Counted from the first letter of the stretch, positions 44,960 through 54,426 are shown. The stretch is 64,000 bases of DNA from Bacteroidota bacterium (GCA_021286895.1 JAJTBN010000001.1:705-64704); one strand, 5' to 3'. Translations and numbers: made by a program. The notes: generated from the letters alone by a model not told the origin.

Positions 44960-45991
44960 TTAATGGTATTTATTGCTTTCTTCTTTAATGAATTTAACGA
45001 GCGCTTTAATGTTATCAATTGGAGTTTCGGGAAGAATCCCGTGCCCGAGGTTGAAAACGTGTCCTCCGTCCCTGCCCATCTTATCGAGTACTTTTCCCGC
45101 TTCGGACCTTATTTTCTTTTCATCCGATAAAAGTATCACCGGGTCCATGTTTCCCTGAAGGACTTTTATTCCTCCGAGAGTATCTTTTATTTTTGCCAGG
45201 TCTGATTCCCAGTCGACGCCGACGACATCGCACGGAGATGATTTCATGATTTCAAAATTTCTTATGCCCCTTGGAAACACTATAACGGGAAGTTTATCCC
45301 GTTTTATTTCCGAAACAATTCTGTTTATATAATTAAGCGAAAACTCTTCGTAGCAGTCGGGCGGCAGTACACCCGCCCAGCTGTCGAAAATCTGTATCGC
45401 GTCACATTCTGCGTCAATCTTGCCTTTAAGGTATTCGATAACCGAGGCGGTTATTTTTTCAAGCAGTTTGTGAGCCAGAGCGGGTTCTTTAAAAATCAGA
45501 GTTTTTATTTTCTCAAAATTCTTCGAGCCTTTTCCTTCGACCATGTAAGCCGCAAGCGTGAAAGGGGCTCCCGCGAATCCGATAAGGGGCACACGTCCGT
45601 TTAAAAGTTTTTTCGTAAGCCGCACCGCTTCGTAAACGTACTCAAGTTTTCCTGCGACATTAGTATTCAATCTGTCAATGTCCCCGCCGCTCTTAACCGG
45701 ATTGTCGAACGCCGGTCCATTTGATTCGACTATCTTCAGGCTTAGTCCCATCGCTTCAGGCACGACAAGAATATCTGAAAAGATAATCGCGGCGTCGAAA
45801 CCGATAATGTCAATAGGCTGAACTGTAATTTCAGCCGCGAGTTCCGGAGTCTTGCACATAGTCAGAAAATCGTGTCTCGCGCGGACAGCCCTGTACTCGG
45901 GAAGGTACCTTCCCGCCTGTCTCATCACCCACACAGGCGTTCTTTCGGTCTTTTCATTCCTGCATGCCTTTAAAAATAAATGTTCACTCAT
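44960..45991 (-). CDS. hemE: Uroporphyrinogen decarboxylase
   Basis: 343 aa. The PVWVMRQAGRYLPEY signature is near the N-terminus. Confidence 0.92.
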   Translation of the reverse strand: MSEHLFLKACRNEKTERTPVWVMRQAGRYLPEYRAVRARHDFLTMCKTPELAAEITVQPIDIIGFDAAIIFSDILVVPEAMGLSLKIVESNGPAFDNPVKSGGDIDRLNTNVAGKLEYVYEAVRLTKKLLNGRVPLIGFAGAPFTLAAYMVEGKGSKNFEKIKTLIFKEPALAHKLLEKITASVIEYLKGKIDAECDAIQIFDSWAGVLPPDCYEEFSLNYINRIVSEIKRDKLPVIVFPRGIRNFEIMKSSPCDVVGVDWESDLAKIKDTLGGIKVLQGNMDPVILLSDEKKIRSEAGKVLDKMGRDGGHVFNLGHGILPETPIDNIKALVKFIKEESNKYH

Positions 45992-46718
45992 TAAAATATT
46001 TTATAATTTCATTTGCAAGTTCTTCCGACGTATATCTGCCGGGCATTATGTTTACTCTAAGGCCCGCGGACTCCGCGCGCTTCTTCGTTGTCTCGCCGAT
46101 TACCGCCACGGCGGTTTTATCCTGTATGAAGCCGTGAAACACCGCAGAAAAATTTTTTACGGCTGACGGGCTGAAAAAAACCAGACAGTCAACCTCATTA
46201 TTATTCAACATATTCCTGACGTCATCGATTCCGTCCGTATTATCGGGAAACACCGTGTCGTAAACAACAATTCCGTCCGCGCCCTGAAGATACTCCTGTA
46301 TTTTATTCATCCCGATTTTTCCTTTCGGAAAAAGGTATTTCCCGTCTTTTCCGTTCTTTTCCACAATCATTTTCGCAAGTTCCTTCGAGTCGCTTTTTTC
46401 TGGCAACTCTTCGCACGCATATCCGAATTCTTCAATTACGCGTTTTGTCTTTTCGCCGACAGAAAAAATACTGCAGCAAACTTTTATTTTAATATCCGCG
46501 GCTCTTTCAAGAAATATTCTCGCGGCGTTTCCGCTTGTAAAAATCAAACCGTCATATTCTTCGATTCTCTCAAGCCTGCCTTCTATTTCGGAATAATTCT
46601 GCGCAGGGACGATTTTGATAAGAGGAAAATTTATCACTCTGAAATTTTTCTCTTTCAGCATCGTTTCAAATCCGTCGCCTGTACCCTCAGGTCTTGTATT
46701 AAGTATTACTTTTCGCAT
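45984..46718 (-). CDS. hemD: Uroporphyrinogen-III synthase
   Basis: 244 aa with a two-lobe HemD-like pattern (TRPEG...FTSGNAARIF...FFSPSAVKNF). Positioned between hemC and hemE and overlaps hemE by 8 nt. Confidence 0.8.
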   Translation of the reverse strand: MRKVILNTRPEGTGDGFETMLKEKNFRVINFPLIKIVPAQNYSEIEGRLERIEEYDGLIFTSGNAARIFLERAADIKIKVCCSIFSVGEKTKRVIEEFGYACEELPEKSDSKELAKMIVEKNGKDGKYLFPKGKIGMNKIQEYLQGADGIVVYDTVFPDNTDGIDDVRNMLNNNEVDCLVFFSPSAVKNFSAVFHGFIQDKTAVAVIGETTKKRAESAGLRVNIMPGRYTSEELANEIIKYFNE

Positions 46719-46755
46719 CGTTCGCTGGTTTTATTCCCGAAAACTAAAAGCGGCA

Positions 46756-47679
46756 TTAACCGCCGTTGCGTATTTTATCGAGAATTATTTTTCCGCCTTT
46801 TTCAAGAATTATTGCGCCGAGTTCTCTTCCGGCTTTTTCAGGTTCGTTTAAATCGGCATCAAGTTCCGCTCTGGCTACATCTCTGCCGTCTATGCTGCCT
46901 GCCATTCCTTTTATGTTCAGTCTGCCGCCGTCAACAGATGTGTATACTCCGATTGGAATCTGGCATCCGCCTTCGAGAGCGTGCAGAAAGGCCCTTTCGG
47001 CTTCGACGCATTTCCTTGTTTCATCACTGTTCAACGGAGCGAGTATAGCGGCAGTTTCTTTGTCATCCGTTCTTGCCTCTATTCCCAGCGCGCCCTGACT
47101 GACTGCGGGAAGCATTATTTCTTCGTTTATAATTTCCTTAACATATCTTTCAAGCCCGAGCCTTTTCAGTCCCGCGTAAGCGAGTATTAAACCGTCATAT
47201 CCGTTTTCTTCAAACTTTTTAAGTCTTGTGTTAACGTTTCCCCTGATGTCGATAATTTCAAGTCCGGGGTTCATGTTTAGCAGTTGGCATTTCCTTCTTA
47301 GGCTTCCGGTCGCTACTTTCGCGCCGGCGGGAAGTTCTTTCAGGGAATTGTATGTGTTTGAAACAAAAGCGTCATGTCTTGTTTCCCTTTCGGGAACGGC
47401 CGCTAAACAAAGCCCTTCAGGAAGCGAGGTCGGAAGGTCTTTGAGGCTGTGAACGGCAAAATCAATTTCACCGCCGAGCAGCGCGTCTTCTATGGCTTTC
47501 GTAAAAAGTCCTTTGTCGCCAATCTTTGACAGTGAGACGTCAAGTATCCTGTCTCCCTGAGTCTTGATAATTTTTATTTCAATCTCTATTCCGGGATGAA
47601 CTTCTCTGAGCCTTCCGCAGACCCAGTTGGTCTGCCAGAGAGCAAGTTCGCTGCCTCTTGTACCTGCTTTAATTTTCAA
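46756..47679 (-). CDS. hemC: Hydroxymethylbilane synthase (porphobilinogen deaminase)
   Basis: 307 aa. GTRGSELALWQ, HSLKDLP, GNVNTRL, and the cofactor Cys context GGCQIPIG. Confidence 0.92.
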   Translation of the reverse strand: MKIKAGTRGSELALWQTNWVCGRLREVHPGIEIEIKIIKTQGDRILDVSLSKIGDKGLFTKAIEDALLGGEIDFAVHSLKDLPTSLPEGLCLAAVPERETRHDAFVSNTYNSLKELPAGAKVATGSLRRKCQLLNMNPGLEIIDIRGNVNTRLKKFEENGYDGLILAYAGLKRLGLERYVKEIINEEIMLPAVSQGALGIEARTDDKETAAILAPLNSDETRKCVEAERAFLHALEGGCQIPIGVYTSVDGGRLNIKGMAGSIDGRDVARAELDADLNEPEKAGRELGAIILEKGGKIILDKIRNGG

Positions 47680-48958
47680 TTATTTCTCCGTGATTTAAAA
47701 CGTCATTTTGAATTTCATGTAATTTTTCCATAAGCCTGTTATGGCTGTTGATTTCGTCCGCGGTGAAACTGTCTTCGTTCTCGATAAGCGCCCTGTGAAC
47801 GGTAGAAATATTCTCGGCGAGATTTTCTCTCAGCCTGATAATCCTGTGTTTAGCCGCCATTCCGTTCGCGGAATTTTTCAGTATGTGCTGAATCGCGGGC
47901 AGGAACGGTATCGAATAATACCAGACAAGGAATTCGAGAAGTTCCTGGTTAATTATTTCTTTCACGTCGGGAATTATCTTCATTCTTTTCTCGTAGTCTG
48001 AATTCACTATATCCTCAAGGTCGTCGATGTTCTTCAGGAATACGTTATCGAGTTTGTCAATCTTAGGGTCGATATCTCTCGGTATCGCTATGTCGATAAT
48101 AAGCATAGGAAGGTCCATCCTGCGGGAGATGAGTTCTTTCATATCCTTATAACCGAGAATATAGTCTTTGGCGCCTGTGGAACTTATAATTATATCCGTT
48201 TCGGGTATTTTGCTTTTAAAGTTGTCGAAATCGACGATTTCCGATTCGAACCTATGATCCCTGTTAAGTCCTTCAAGCATCGCTTCCGCGTTCGCTCTTG
48301 TTCTGTTGGTAACGATAATTTTTTTAACGTCTTTGCGTATAAGGTTCTTCGCTGTGAGTTCGGCGGTTTCTCCCGCGCCGATTACCATTACGGTCTTGTC
48401 TTCAAGGCTCCCGAAAATTTTCATCGCGAGTTCAACAGACGCGAAACTGACCGAGAACGCGCCTTCGTAAAGGGTGGTTTCATGCCTGACTCTCTTACCC
48501 GTGTGAAGCGCTTTCTGGCATAGCATGTTAAGGAGTTTGCCTGTCGACTTGTTATGCTGGGCTATTCGGAACGATTCTTTTAACTGGTGCATAATCTGGA
48601 CATCGCCGACAATCATCGAGTCGATGCTTGTGGCCACTTTGAAAAGATGGTTGGCAGCGCCGCACGTGGCGTATTCGAAGAAATGTTCCGATTTTGTAAC
48701 ATCGCCCGCGTTCTTAAAATCTATTATTGTTTTCTTGACGAGTTCCTTGTCGAACCTTGCTGGGTCGGCGACGCAATAAATCTCCGTTCGGTTGCATGTC
48801 GAAAGAATCATGCACTCGTCGAGAATCCCTTTAAACCTGTCGAGAACCGCGGGCAGTTCGGCATCGCCCACGCTGAGCCTCTCTCTTACCACAAGCGGCG
48901 AAGAGCGGTGATTAACGCCTATTGAAAATATAAAGGGATGATTTATGCTGCCGTTCAA
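47669..48958 (-). CDS. hemA: Glutamyl-tRNA reductase
   Basis: 429 aa. Catalytic Cys context LSTCNRTEIY and NADPH fold VIGAGETAELTAKNL. Overlaps hemC by 11 nt. Confidence 0.92.
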   Translation of the reverse strand: MNGSINHPFIFSIGVNHRSSPLVVRERLSVGDAELPAVLDRFKGILDECMILSTCNRTEIYCVADPARFDKELVKKTIIDFKNAGDVTKSEHFFEYATCGAANHLFKVATSIDSMIVGDVQIMHQLKESFRIAQHNKSTGKLLNMLCQKALHTGKRVRHETTLYEGAFSVSFASVELAMKIFGSLEDKTVMVIGAGETAELTAKNLIRKDVKKIIVTNRTRANAEAMLEGLNRDHRFESEIVDFDNFKSKIPETDIIISSTGAKDYILGYKDMKELISRRMDLPMLIIDIAIPRDIDPKIDKLDNVFLKNIDDLEDIVNSDYEKRMKIIPDVKEIINQELLEFLVWYYSIPFLPAIQHILKNSANGMAAKHRIIRLRENLAENISTVHRALIENEDSFTADEINSHNRLMEKLHEIQNDVLNHGEIIEN

Positions 48959-48968
48959 AACCTTTTTA

Positions 48969-49676
48969 TCAGTAAAAATTATGGAAACTTTTTAAAAATA
49001 TATTTACGAACATCATTGAAAGAACCGAAAACACCGCGCCCGCGAGGGCGAGCCTCATTAATGTATTTATTCTGAACCGTTTTGTCAGAATGCCTATATA
49101 ACCGCCGAGATAAAGAAACCATATTATTGTCGATGATATCAGTTTCGGGTCAAGATAAGAAAAATTATCTATGGCTTTCGGAAGCCAGATAAAACCCTGA
49201 ACGATTGTGAAAGTGAAAAATATAAAACCAAACGATATTGAAGATCTTGTAAGCGTACTGAGAAGTTTCAGCGACGGCAGTTTCTTGAAAAACGAATCAA
49301 CGCGGTTCCTCTTGATTTTTTTATAAAGGCGGAGATACAGAAACCCGTATATGCCCGACATGATTATGCCGGAGTAACCGATAATCGCGGCGGAGACGTG
49401 TATTCCGAGAATCCATGTTCTAAGGACTGGTTTTATATCTTTGAGTTCTTCAATGAACGCGAAAGAAATAATTTCAAGCAGCCCCGCTGTCAGCATAATG
49501 AAGAAACCCGTATCGGTTTCTTTCGTCTTCAGTTCTATATATAGATATGTAAGCACCAGACCGAAAGACATAAGCGACATAATCTCAAAAATCGTAGTAA
49601 TAGGAGCATGCCCGTACGAGGCGATTCTGAAAACAAAGTACACGATGTTCAGGACGACCAGCGAAACAAGAATCAC
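48969..49676 (-). CDS. CcsA-like cytochrome c assembly family membrane protein (HemX-like); N-terminus probably longer
   Basis: Polytopic membrane protein at the head of the heme operon, as in hemAXCDBL-type operons. The called start is a GTG. The frame stays open for 60 more codons upstream and encodes another hydrophobic helix without an ATG, GTG or TTG. Confidence 0.6.
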   Translation of the reverse strand: MILVSLVVLNIVYFVFRIASYGHAPITTIFEIMSLMSFGLVLTYLYIELKTKETDTGFFIMLTAGLLEIISFAFIEELKDIKPVLRTWILGIHVSAAIIGYSGIIMSGIYGFLYLRLYKKIKRNRVDSFFKKLPSLKLLSTLTRSSISFGFIFFTFTIVQGFIWLPKAIDNFSYLDPKLISSTIIWFLYLGGYIGILTKRFRINTLMRLALAGAVFSVLSMMFVNIFLKSFHNFY

Positions 49677-50657
49677 CTTTTTGGCAATTTCAAGGCTTCG
49701 CGGCTTGTCGCTGGATTTTTTCCAGAAAGCGTATCCGTAAACGGTAATTCCCGCAAAGTAAAAATGCAGGAGAAGAATGCTTACTATGTTAATCAGGGAA
49801 ATCAGTACCGTATATTTAATTATATATTTAGTCTTTACGAAAAAAAGATATGCCCCTTAACGCCAAGACATATCTTATGGTTCAATATACCCATATTGCA
49901 AACGCATTACAATCTGTTTCGATGTCCGTACATACATTCAGGGCTCTGAAACGGCGTTATTCGGCGTATGCATACATAACAAACGGCGCATCAAAAAAAT
50001 TACATTTTCGATACCGGAAAATTAGTATTTACAGCAAGTAAGCATCTACCTCAACAGACGATTTTCACGGTTCCGCCGATTTCGGCGGTTCCGGAAAGTT
50101 TTCCGTTTAGCCCGGTTCTATCGACGGGTGGCGGCCGTACATTATATTATATAAATGCAGAAGTATAATGAAAATCTGTGAGTGGAAGCAAAGATAAAGC
50201 TAACAATAGGCATATTCAGAGGAGGAAATTAAGATGAGAAAAAGACGACCATAATTTTTTACAAAATAAAAAATTAAAATTTTTACCGCGGAAACAACAA
50301 CAAGTTATTGTTACCCTAATCCGGCGGAATATTCCTTATGCAGACAATACCCCCTTTCCGCCGGAATTTCTTTATCCGTTCGTAATTTAAATCTTAGAGT
50401 CTCATCAAATCAGGCGCAACACCTCTTTTCGCTTATCCTGTTATTTCGTCGTTTGCAGCCTTATTTCCGCTTTCGTCTCATTTTTGTTTATTTGCCGTGC
50501 CTTTCTTTTTAATTTGCATACGAAGTGTTCATTTCTCGGGCTGAGAAAACGACAAATGCGTAACTGCTTTGAAGACTGTTCTTCTCGACCATAATAGGGG
50601 AAAATCTTTCTCAGCCCATTTGAAACTTCTGGGTCAAGTGGGAAGGAGTTAAGAGAC

Positions 50658-50849
50658 ATGAAAACAATTTCCATTGATGATAAAATAATAGTGGTAGAGT
50701 GCCGCGAAAGCGGGACGGAGGAATGCAGCGCATGCAATCATTACCGTAACTGCCACCTGGTACAGCACGACAGCAGGGGTGTAATTTTAACCGTGCTTAT
50801 ATCTCTAACTCTGCTGGTTTCCGCTGCCCTTTTATGGGGGGTAGCCTGA
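50658..50849 (+). CDS. Small membrane-anchored Cys-rich protein (RseC/MucC-like N-terminal motif)
   Basis: 63 aa with a GGAAGGAG ribosome-binding site 8-10 nt upstream. IIVVECRESGTEECSACNHYRNCH has 4 Cys plus a His, followed by one TM helix VILTVLISLTLLVSAALLWGV. Confidence 0.5.
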   Translation: MKTISIDDKIIVVECRESGTEECSACNHYRNCHLVQHDSRGVILTVLISLTLLVSAALLWGVA

Positions 50850-50925
50850 GCAAGGAAAAGAATAAGATGTTTTTCATAGCCAAATACCCTAAATAAAATC
50901 TGATTATATTCCCATAATTAGATTT

Positions 50926-50956
50926 GAAAAAACGCCATCATTGATGGCGTTTTTTA
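50926..50956. terminator. Bidirectional intrinsic terminator between convergent genes
   Basis: ACGCCATCA pairs with TGATGGCGT. It is flanked by A6 on the left and T6 on the right. Confidence 0.65.
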
Positions 50957-50973
50957 TTGCCTGCGCTTGTTTT

Positions 50974-51804
50974 TTACAGTTTCGTGATGCTTTTCCTGAA
51001 CTTCCTGCTGTATCTCTGGCTGATTATAAAGAAATCCTTTACATCCTTCAGGAAGACTCTGTGCGAGTAGTTGAACCATCTTTCGACTTTCTCGATGTAT
51101 TCGGTATTTATTATCGTCGAACGGTGTATTCTCATGAAATGCTCTTTCGGAAGTTTGCTTTCCCATGTTTTAAGGGGTTTCCGTATTGTGTAAGTCTTGC
51201 CGTCCTTGGTGATTATTTTCGTATAGTCTTTTGAGGCTGAGAGATACAGGATATTTCTGATTTTAATGAAGTCGGATTTGTTGCTGTCCGAAAGGAATAT
51301 GTTTTCCTCGTACTTGAGATTATTCTTTTTTTCACCGGCTTTCAGCGTTCTGATAGTCTCGTCCTGAATCTTGGTTTTAATTTCTTCGATAAGTTCCTTT
51401 TCCGCCTTATGCTTACCGGCAATGTTTTCTCTTTTGTGGAACTGTATATTAATGGCATTCAGTATTTCGTCTCTCGTGAAAGGCTTAGTGATGTAATCGT
51501 CTGCGCCGAGTTCCATTCCTTTGCGCATGTCCTGTCTTTCGGTTTTTGCAGTAAGAAAGATAAACGGAGGCGGATATTTCCGTGATATCCTGCGCATTTT
51601 CGCGAGTACCTCGTAACCGTTATAATGAGGAATCATTATGTCGCAGAGAACCAGGTCGTATTTAGCATTCTCAATTTCTTTTACTGCGGACAGTCCGTCG
51701 ATAACCTTCGTGACTTTATACCCCTCATTTTCGAGAATGAGGGCAATATTTTCCCGCAAAGATTCGTCGTCTTCAACGAGTAATACACTTTTGGGCATAA
51801 TCAA
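50974..51804 (-). CDS. LytTR-family two-component response regulator (REC plus LytTR DNA-binding domain)
   Basis: REC domain LLVEDDESLRENI...LVLCDIMIP and FLTAK. The C-terminal LytTR region reads IRNILYLSASKDYTKIIT...FMRIHRSTIIN. No histidine kinase gene is adjacent. Confidence 0.85.
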   Translation of the reverse strand: MIMPKSVLLVEDDESLRENIALILENEGYKVTKVIDGLSAVKEIENAKYDLVLCDIMIPHYNGYEVLAKMRRISRKYPPPFIFLTAKTERQDMRKGMELGADDYITKPFTRDEILNAINIQFHKRENIAGKHKAEKELIEEIKTKIQDETIRTLKAGEKKNNLKYEENIFLSDSNKSDFIKIRNILYLSASKDYTKIITKDGKTYTIRKPLKTWESKLPKEHFMRIHRSTIINTEYIEKVERWFNYSHRVFLKDVKDFFIISQRYSRKFRKSITKL

Positions 51805-51988
51805 AATTATGATTTTAATAAAAAGTTATCAAACTTAATTATATTATCATCGCTCCCTATAATGATTTTCCCTCCTTAAATTTCAACTTTTTTTATCGAA
51901 ATTGAAAGTCCCAAACCGGAGACTTTTCATTATCGATTGGAATACCAATTATACCGCACATTCGATAATTTTAGTAAAACAAAATAAT

Positions 51989-52729
51989 ATGATGTCACCT
52001 TTTGAATCCGAAGAATACGTACTGAATTCCGAAGACGTCGATGCCGGCAAAAATCTTACTGTCACAGCCTTTTGCGCTTACATGCAGAATCTGGCAGGAC
52101 GGGCTGCGGAAAAGAGAGGTTACGGTTATACGTTCATGCTCAAGAATAATCTTGTCTGGGTGCTGGTTAGAATAAGCGGCAAGATAAAAGCGCTCGCATC
52201 ATGGAACGACAGGGTGAAACTTCTGACGTGGGTGAAAGGGATTGAGAAACTAAAATCGGACAGGCATTTCGTATTATACGACAAAGACGAAAACGAACTG
52301 GCCTGCGCGATTACGGAATGGTCAATAATAGCTTTTGTAAAGAGGCGTCCTCAGGTTATCGATAAATTAATCGACAGCGCCGGAGCGTTAGCGGATAAGA
52401 GTGCAGACGCCGCGGCGCCGTCAAAAATACCGCCTTTGATAAACCCGTCGCCTGCCGGAGACAGGAAAATAGTTTTCAGCGATATTGACATGAACGGGCA
52501 TGTAAGCAATATAAAATACGCTGAATGGTTTCTTGATACGTATGATTATGAACACCTCGGGAATAATTACATCGAAGAGTTTGAAATGAACTTCCTTTCC
52601 GAGTGCAGATTCGGCGAGTCCGTAAGAATCTTCAGACAGGAAGACGGCAATACGCATTACGGCTCGGTTGTAAGGGACGCGGACAAACGGGAAGTGTTCA
52701 GGATAAAACTGAACTGGAAGAAGCTTTGA
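51989..52729 (+). CDS. Acyl-ACP thioesterase family protein
   Basis: Double hot-dog pattern with VWVLVRI and DIDMNGHVSNIKYAEWFLD motifs. The ATG at 51989 (MMSPFE) is preferred over the upstream TTG at 51902. Confidence 0.8.
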   Translation: MMSPFESEEYVLNSEDVDAGKNLTVTAFCAYMQNLAGRAAEKRGYGYTFMLKNNLVWVLVRISGKIKALASWNDRVKLLTWVKGIEKLKSDRHFVLYDKDENELACAITEWSIIAFVKRRPQVIDKLIDSAGALADKSADAAAPSKIPPLINPSPAGDRKIVFSDIDMNGHVSNIKYAEWFLDTYDYEHLGNNYIEEFEMNFLSECRFGESVRIFRQEDGNTHYGSVVRDADKREVFRIKLNWKKL

Positions 52730-52731
52730 GT

Positions 52732-54261
52732 ATGATGACATTATTTGCAATATTATATAAACAGCTGTTCCGAAATATAATTTACGGTAAAACGCGGAAA
52801 CCCGGATTTATCAAAAAATATTATTTTGCGCTCTTTATTTTTTTCACTCACTCCTTTTGCGCCTTCACCCAGACGCTTGATATAAATCGCGCGAACGATT
52901 TTATCAACGCCGTCATAAACAATAATGACGACCTGTGGAAGTTTGTTTCGGAAACCGATCTCGAAAAATCATCTATTCTCGGAATTGATTACGGTGTCAA
53001 GCACAAATTCCTTATAGGCCGCGATATTGACGAAAACATTAAGTCGGAAATACTGAAAGCCGGATTAAAATATGATTTAAAAATCGAGAACACTGACAGC
53101 GACCATTCGATTCTTGAATTTACTGTTCCCGGGAAAAAATACAGTCAGAAATATTTCTTCAGCAACGGGTATATGATATCGCCCGAATCGTATTATACCA
53201 GGGGATGGATGAGAGTTGAAAGCGCTCACATGGTCTTTCTTGCCGGTAATCCGGGGTTATTGAATGAATGCGCGGTAAACGCGATGGAAGACTTTCTTGT
53301 TCGCGTATGCGACCTGCTTGAAATTAACAAAAACATACTCGCTGAAAATAAAATCCATTATGTTTTATGCAGCGGCATGGAAGAAATAGAAAAAATCACG
53401 GGATATAAATCTCTCGGTATGTGTGATCTTGCTTTCGATTATGTAATCTCGACATTCCCATGCCACTATCACGAACTTTCACATCTGCTGATGAATTACA
53501 AACTGCACAAAATACCGCTTTACACAAATCCGTTTCTGCAGGAAGGGTTCGCGGTCGCGATGGGCGGCAGAGGCGGAAGGGAGCCGTATATAATTCACGA
53601 CGTCGGATATTTTCTTGCCAGGTCAGGTTTCTACGATTACCGTGAACTGCTTAACAGGCAGAAATTTGCGGGTGTGGATGCTTCAATTAGTTATCCTCTT
53701 TGCGGGCTCTACAATCTGTTCCTGATTAAAACAATCGGAATGGAAAAATATCTCGACATATACAGAAAATACAGCGCCAATCTTAATGATGTAAACCTTT
53801 CTGAAATCAGAGCCGAAGATTTGCCAGACGAAAATATATGGAAAAAGTATTTAGATTCCGGATATAGGTCAGGGGCAATTGTTCCCGCCGCTGACGATAA
53901 ACCTGAAAGACAATTGGTTAAAACGGCGTATTTTATACTCGGAGACTGCGACAGTTCATATAAAATCGGCGTCAGAGACACAGTTTTCCTCACGGATAAA
54001 AATCCCACTCCCGCTTATTTATGCGGGCGCTTTAAGGAGCTTTTTCCTTCCCGCGTGTATAACGGGGAAAAGTACGCGATAATCGCCGGAGAGAATGAGA
54101 TATTGATATACAACCTTTATACAAACAATCTGATAGCGGATTACACGCCATCCCTTGCAATTCCGCCAGCCGATATATTAAAGGTAAACGGTTTCTGTTT
54201 CTTCTGCATCCCTAAAAGAATTTTCGACGGGGAACTCAGCGGGTATAAACCCGTACACTGA
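52732..54261 (+). CDS. Hypothetical protein with N-terminal hydrophobic anchor and a gluzincin-like HExxH...E motif (putative metallopeptidase)
   Basis: The ATG at 52732 lies 2 nt after the thioesterase stop. HELSH is encoded at 53470-53484, with a Glu (NPFLQEGFA) 20 residues downstream. No other recognisable family signature. Confidence 0.55.
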   Translation: MMTLFAILYKQLFRNIIYGKTRKPGFIKKYYFALFIFFTHSFCAFTQTLDINRANDFINAVINNNDDLWKFVSETDLEKSSILGIDYGVKHKFLIGRDIDENIKSEILKAGLKYDLKIENTDSDHSILEFTVPGKKYSQKYFFSNGYMISPESYYTRGWMRVESAHMVFLAGNPGLLNECAVNAMEDFLVRVCDLLEINKNILAENKIHYVLCSGMEEIEKITGYKSLGMCDLAFDYVISTFPCHYHELSHLLMNYKLHKIPLYTNPFLQEGFAVAMGGRGGREPYIIHDVGYFLARSGFYDYRELLNRQKFAGVDASISYPLCGLYNLFLIKTIGMEKYLDIYRKYSANLNDVNLSEIRAEDLPDENIWKKYLDSGYRSGAIVPAADDKPERQLVKTAYFILGDCDSSYKIGVRDTVFLTDKNPTPAYLCGRFKELFPSRVYNGEKYAIIAGENEILIYNLYTNNLIADYTPSLAIPPADILKVNGFCFFCIPKRIFDGELSGYKPVH

Positions 54262-54384
54262 CGGTAAAAATATAAGTACGGGCTTTCCGGGTAAACGACT
54301 TCACCGTTGCACCTCTTTGGTAATAACTCTTCCTCCATTTTTTCCATCAATCGTCCCCAAATGAATTTATTATAATTTATAATT

Positions 54385-54399
54385 GTTATATATTATAAC
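54385..54399. promoter_or_regulatory. Candidate MarR operator: palindrome GTTATA-TAT-TATAAC
   Basis: Perfect 6-3-6 inverted repeat in an AT-rich spacer, 28 nt upstream of the MarR-family start codon. Confidence 0.35.
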
Positions 54400-54426
54400 T
54401 ATTTAAGAATATAATCATTATTTAAT

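Noticed and set aside
50441-50737. A 98-aa minus-strand ORF across the structured non-coding region.
   Set aside because: It overlaps the start of the better-supported plus-strand small gene, has no motif or ribosome-binding site, and reads through perfect palindromic stems.
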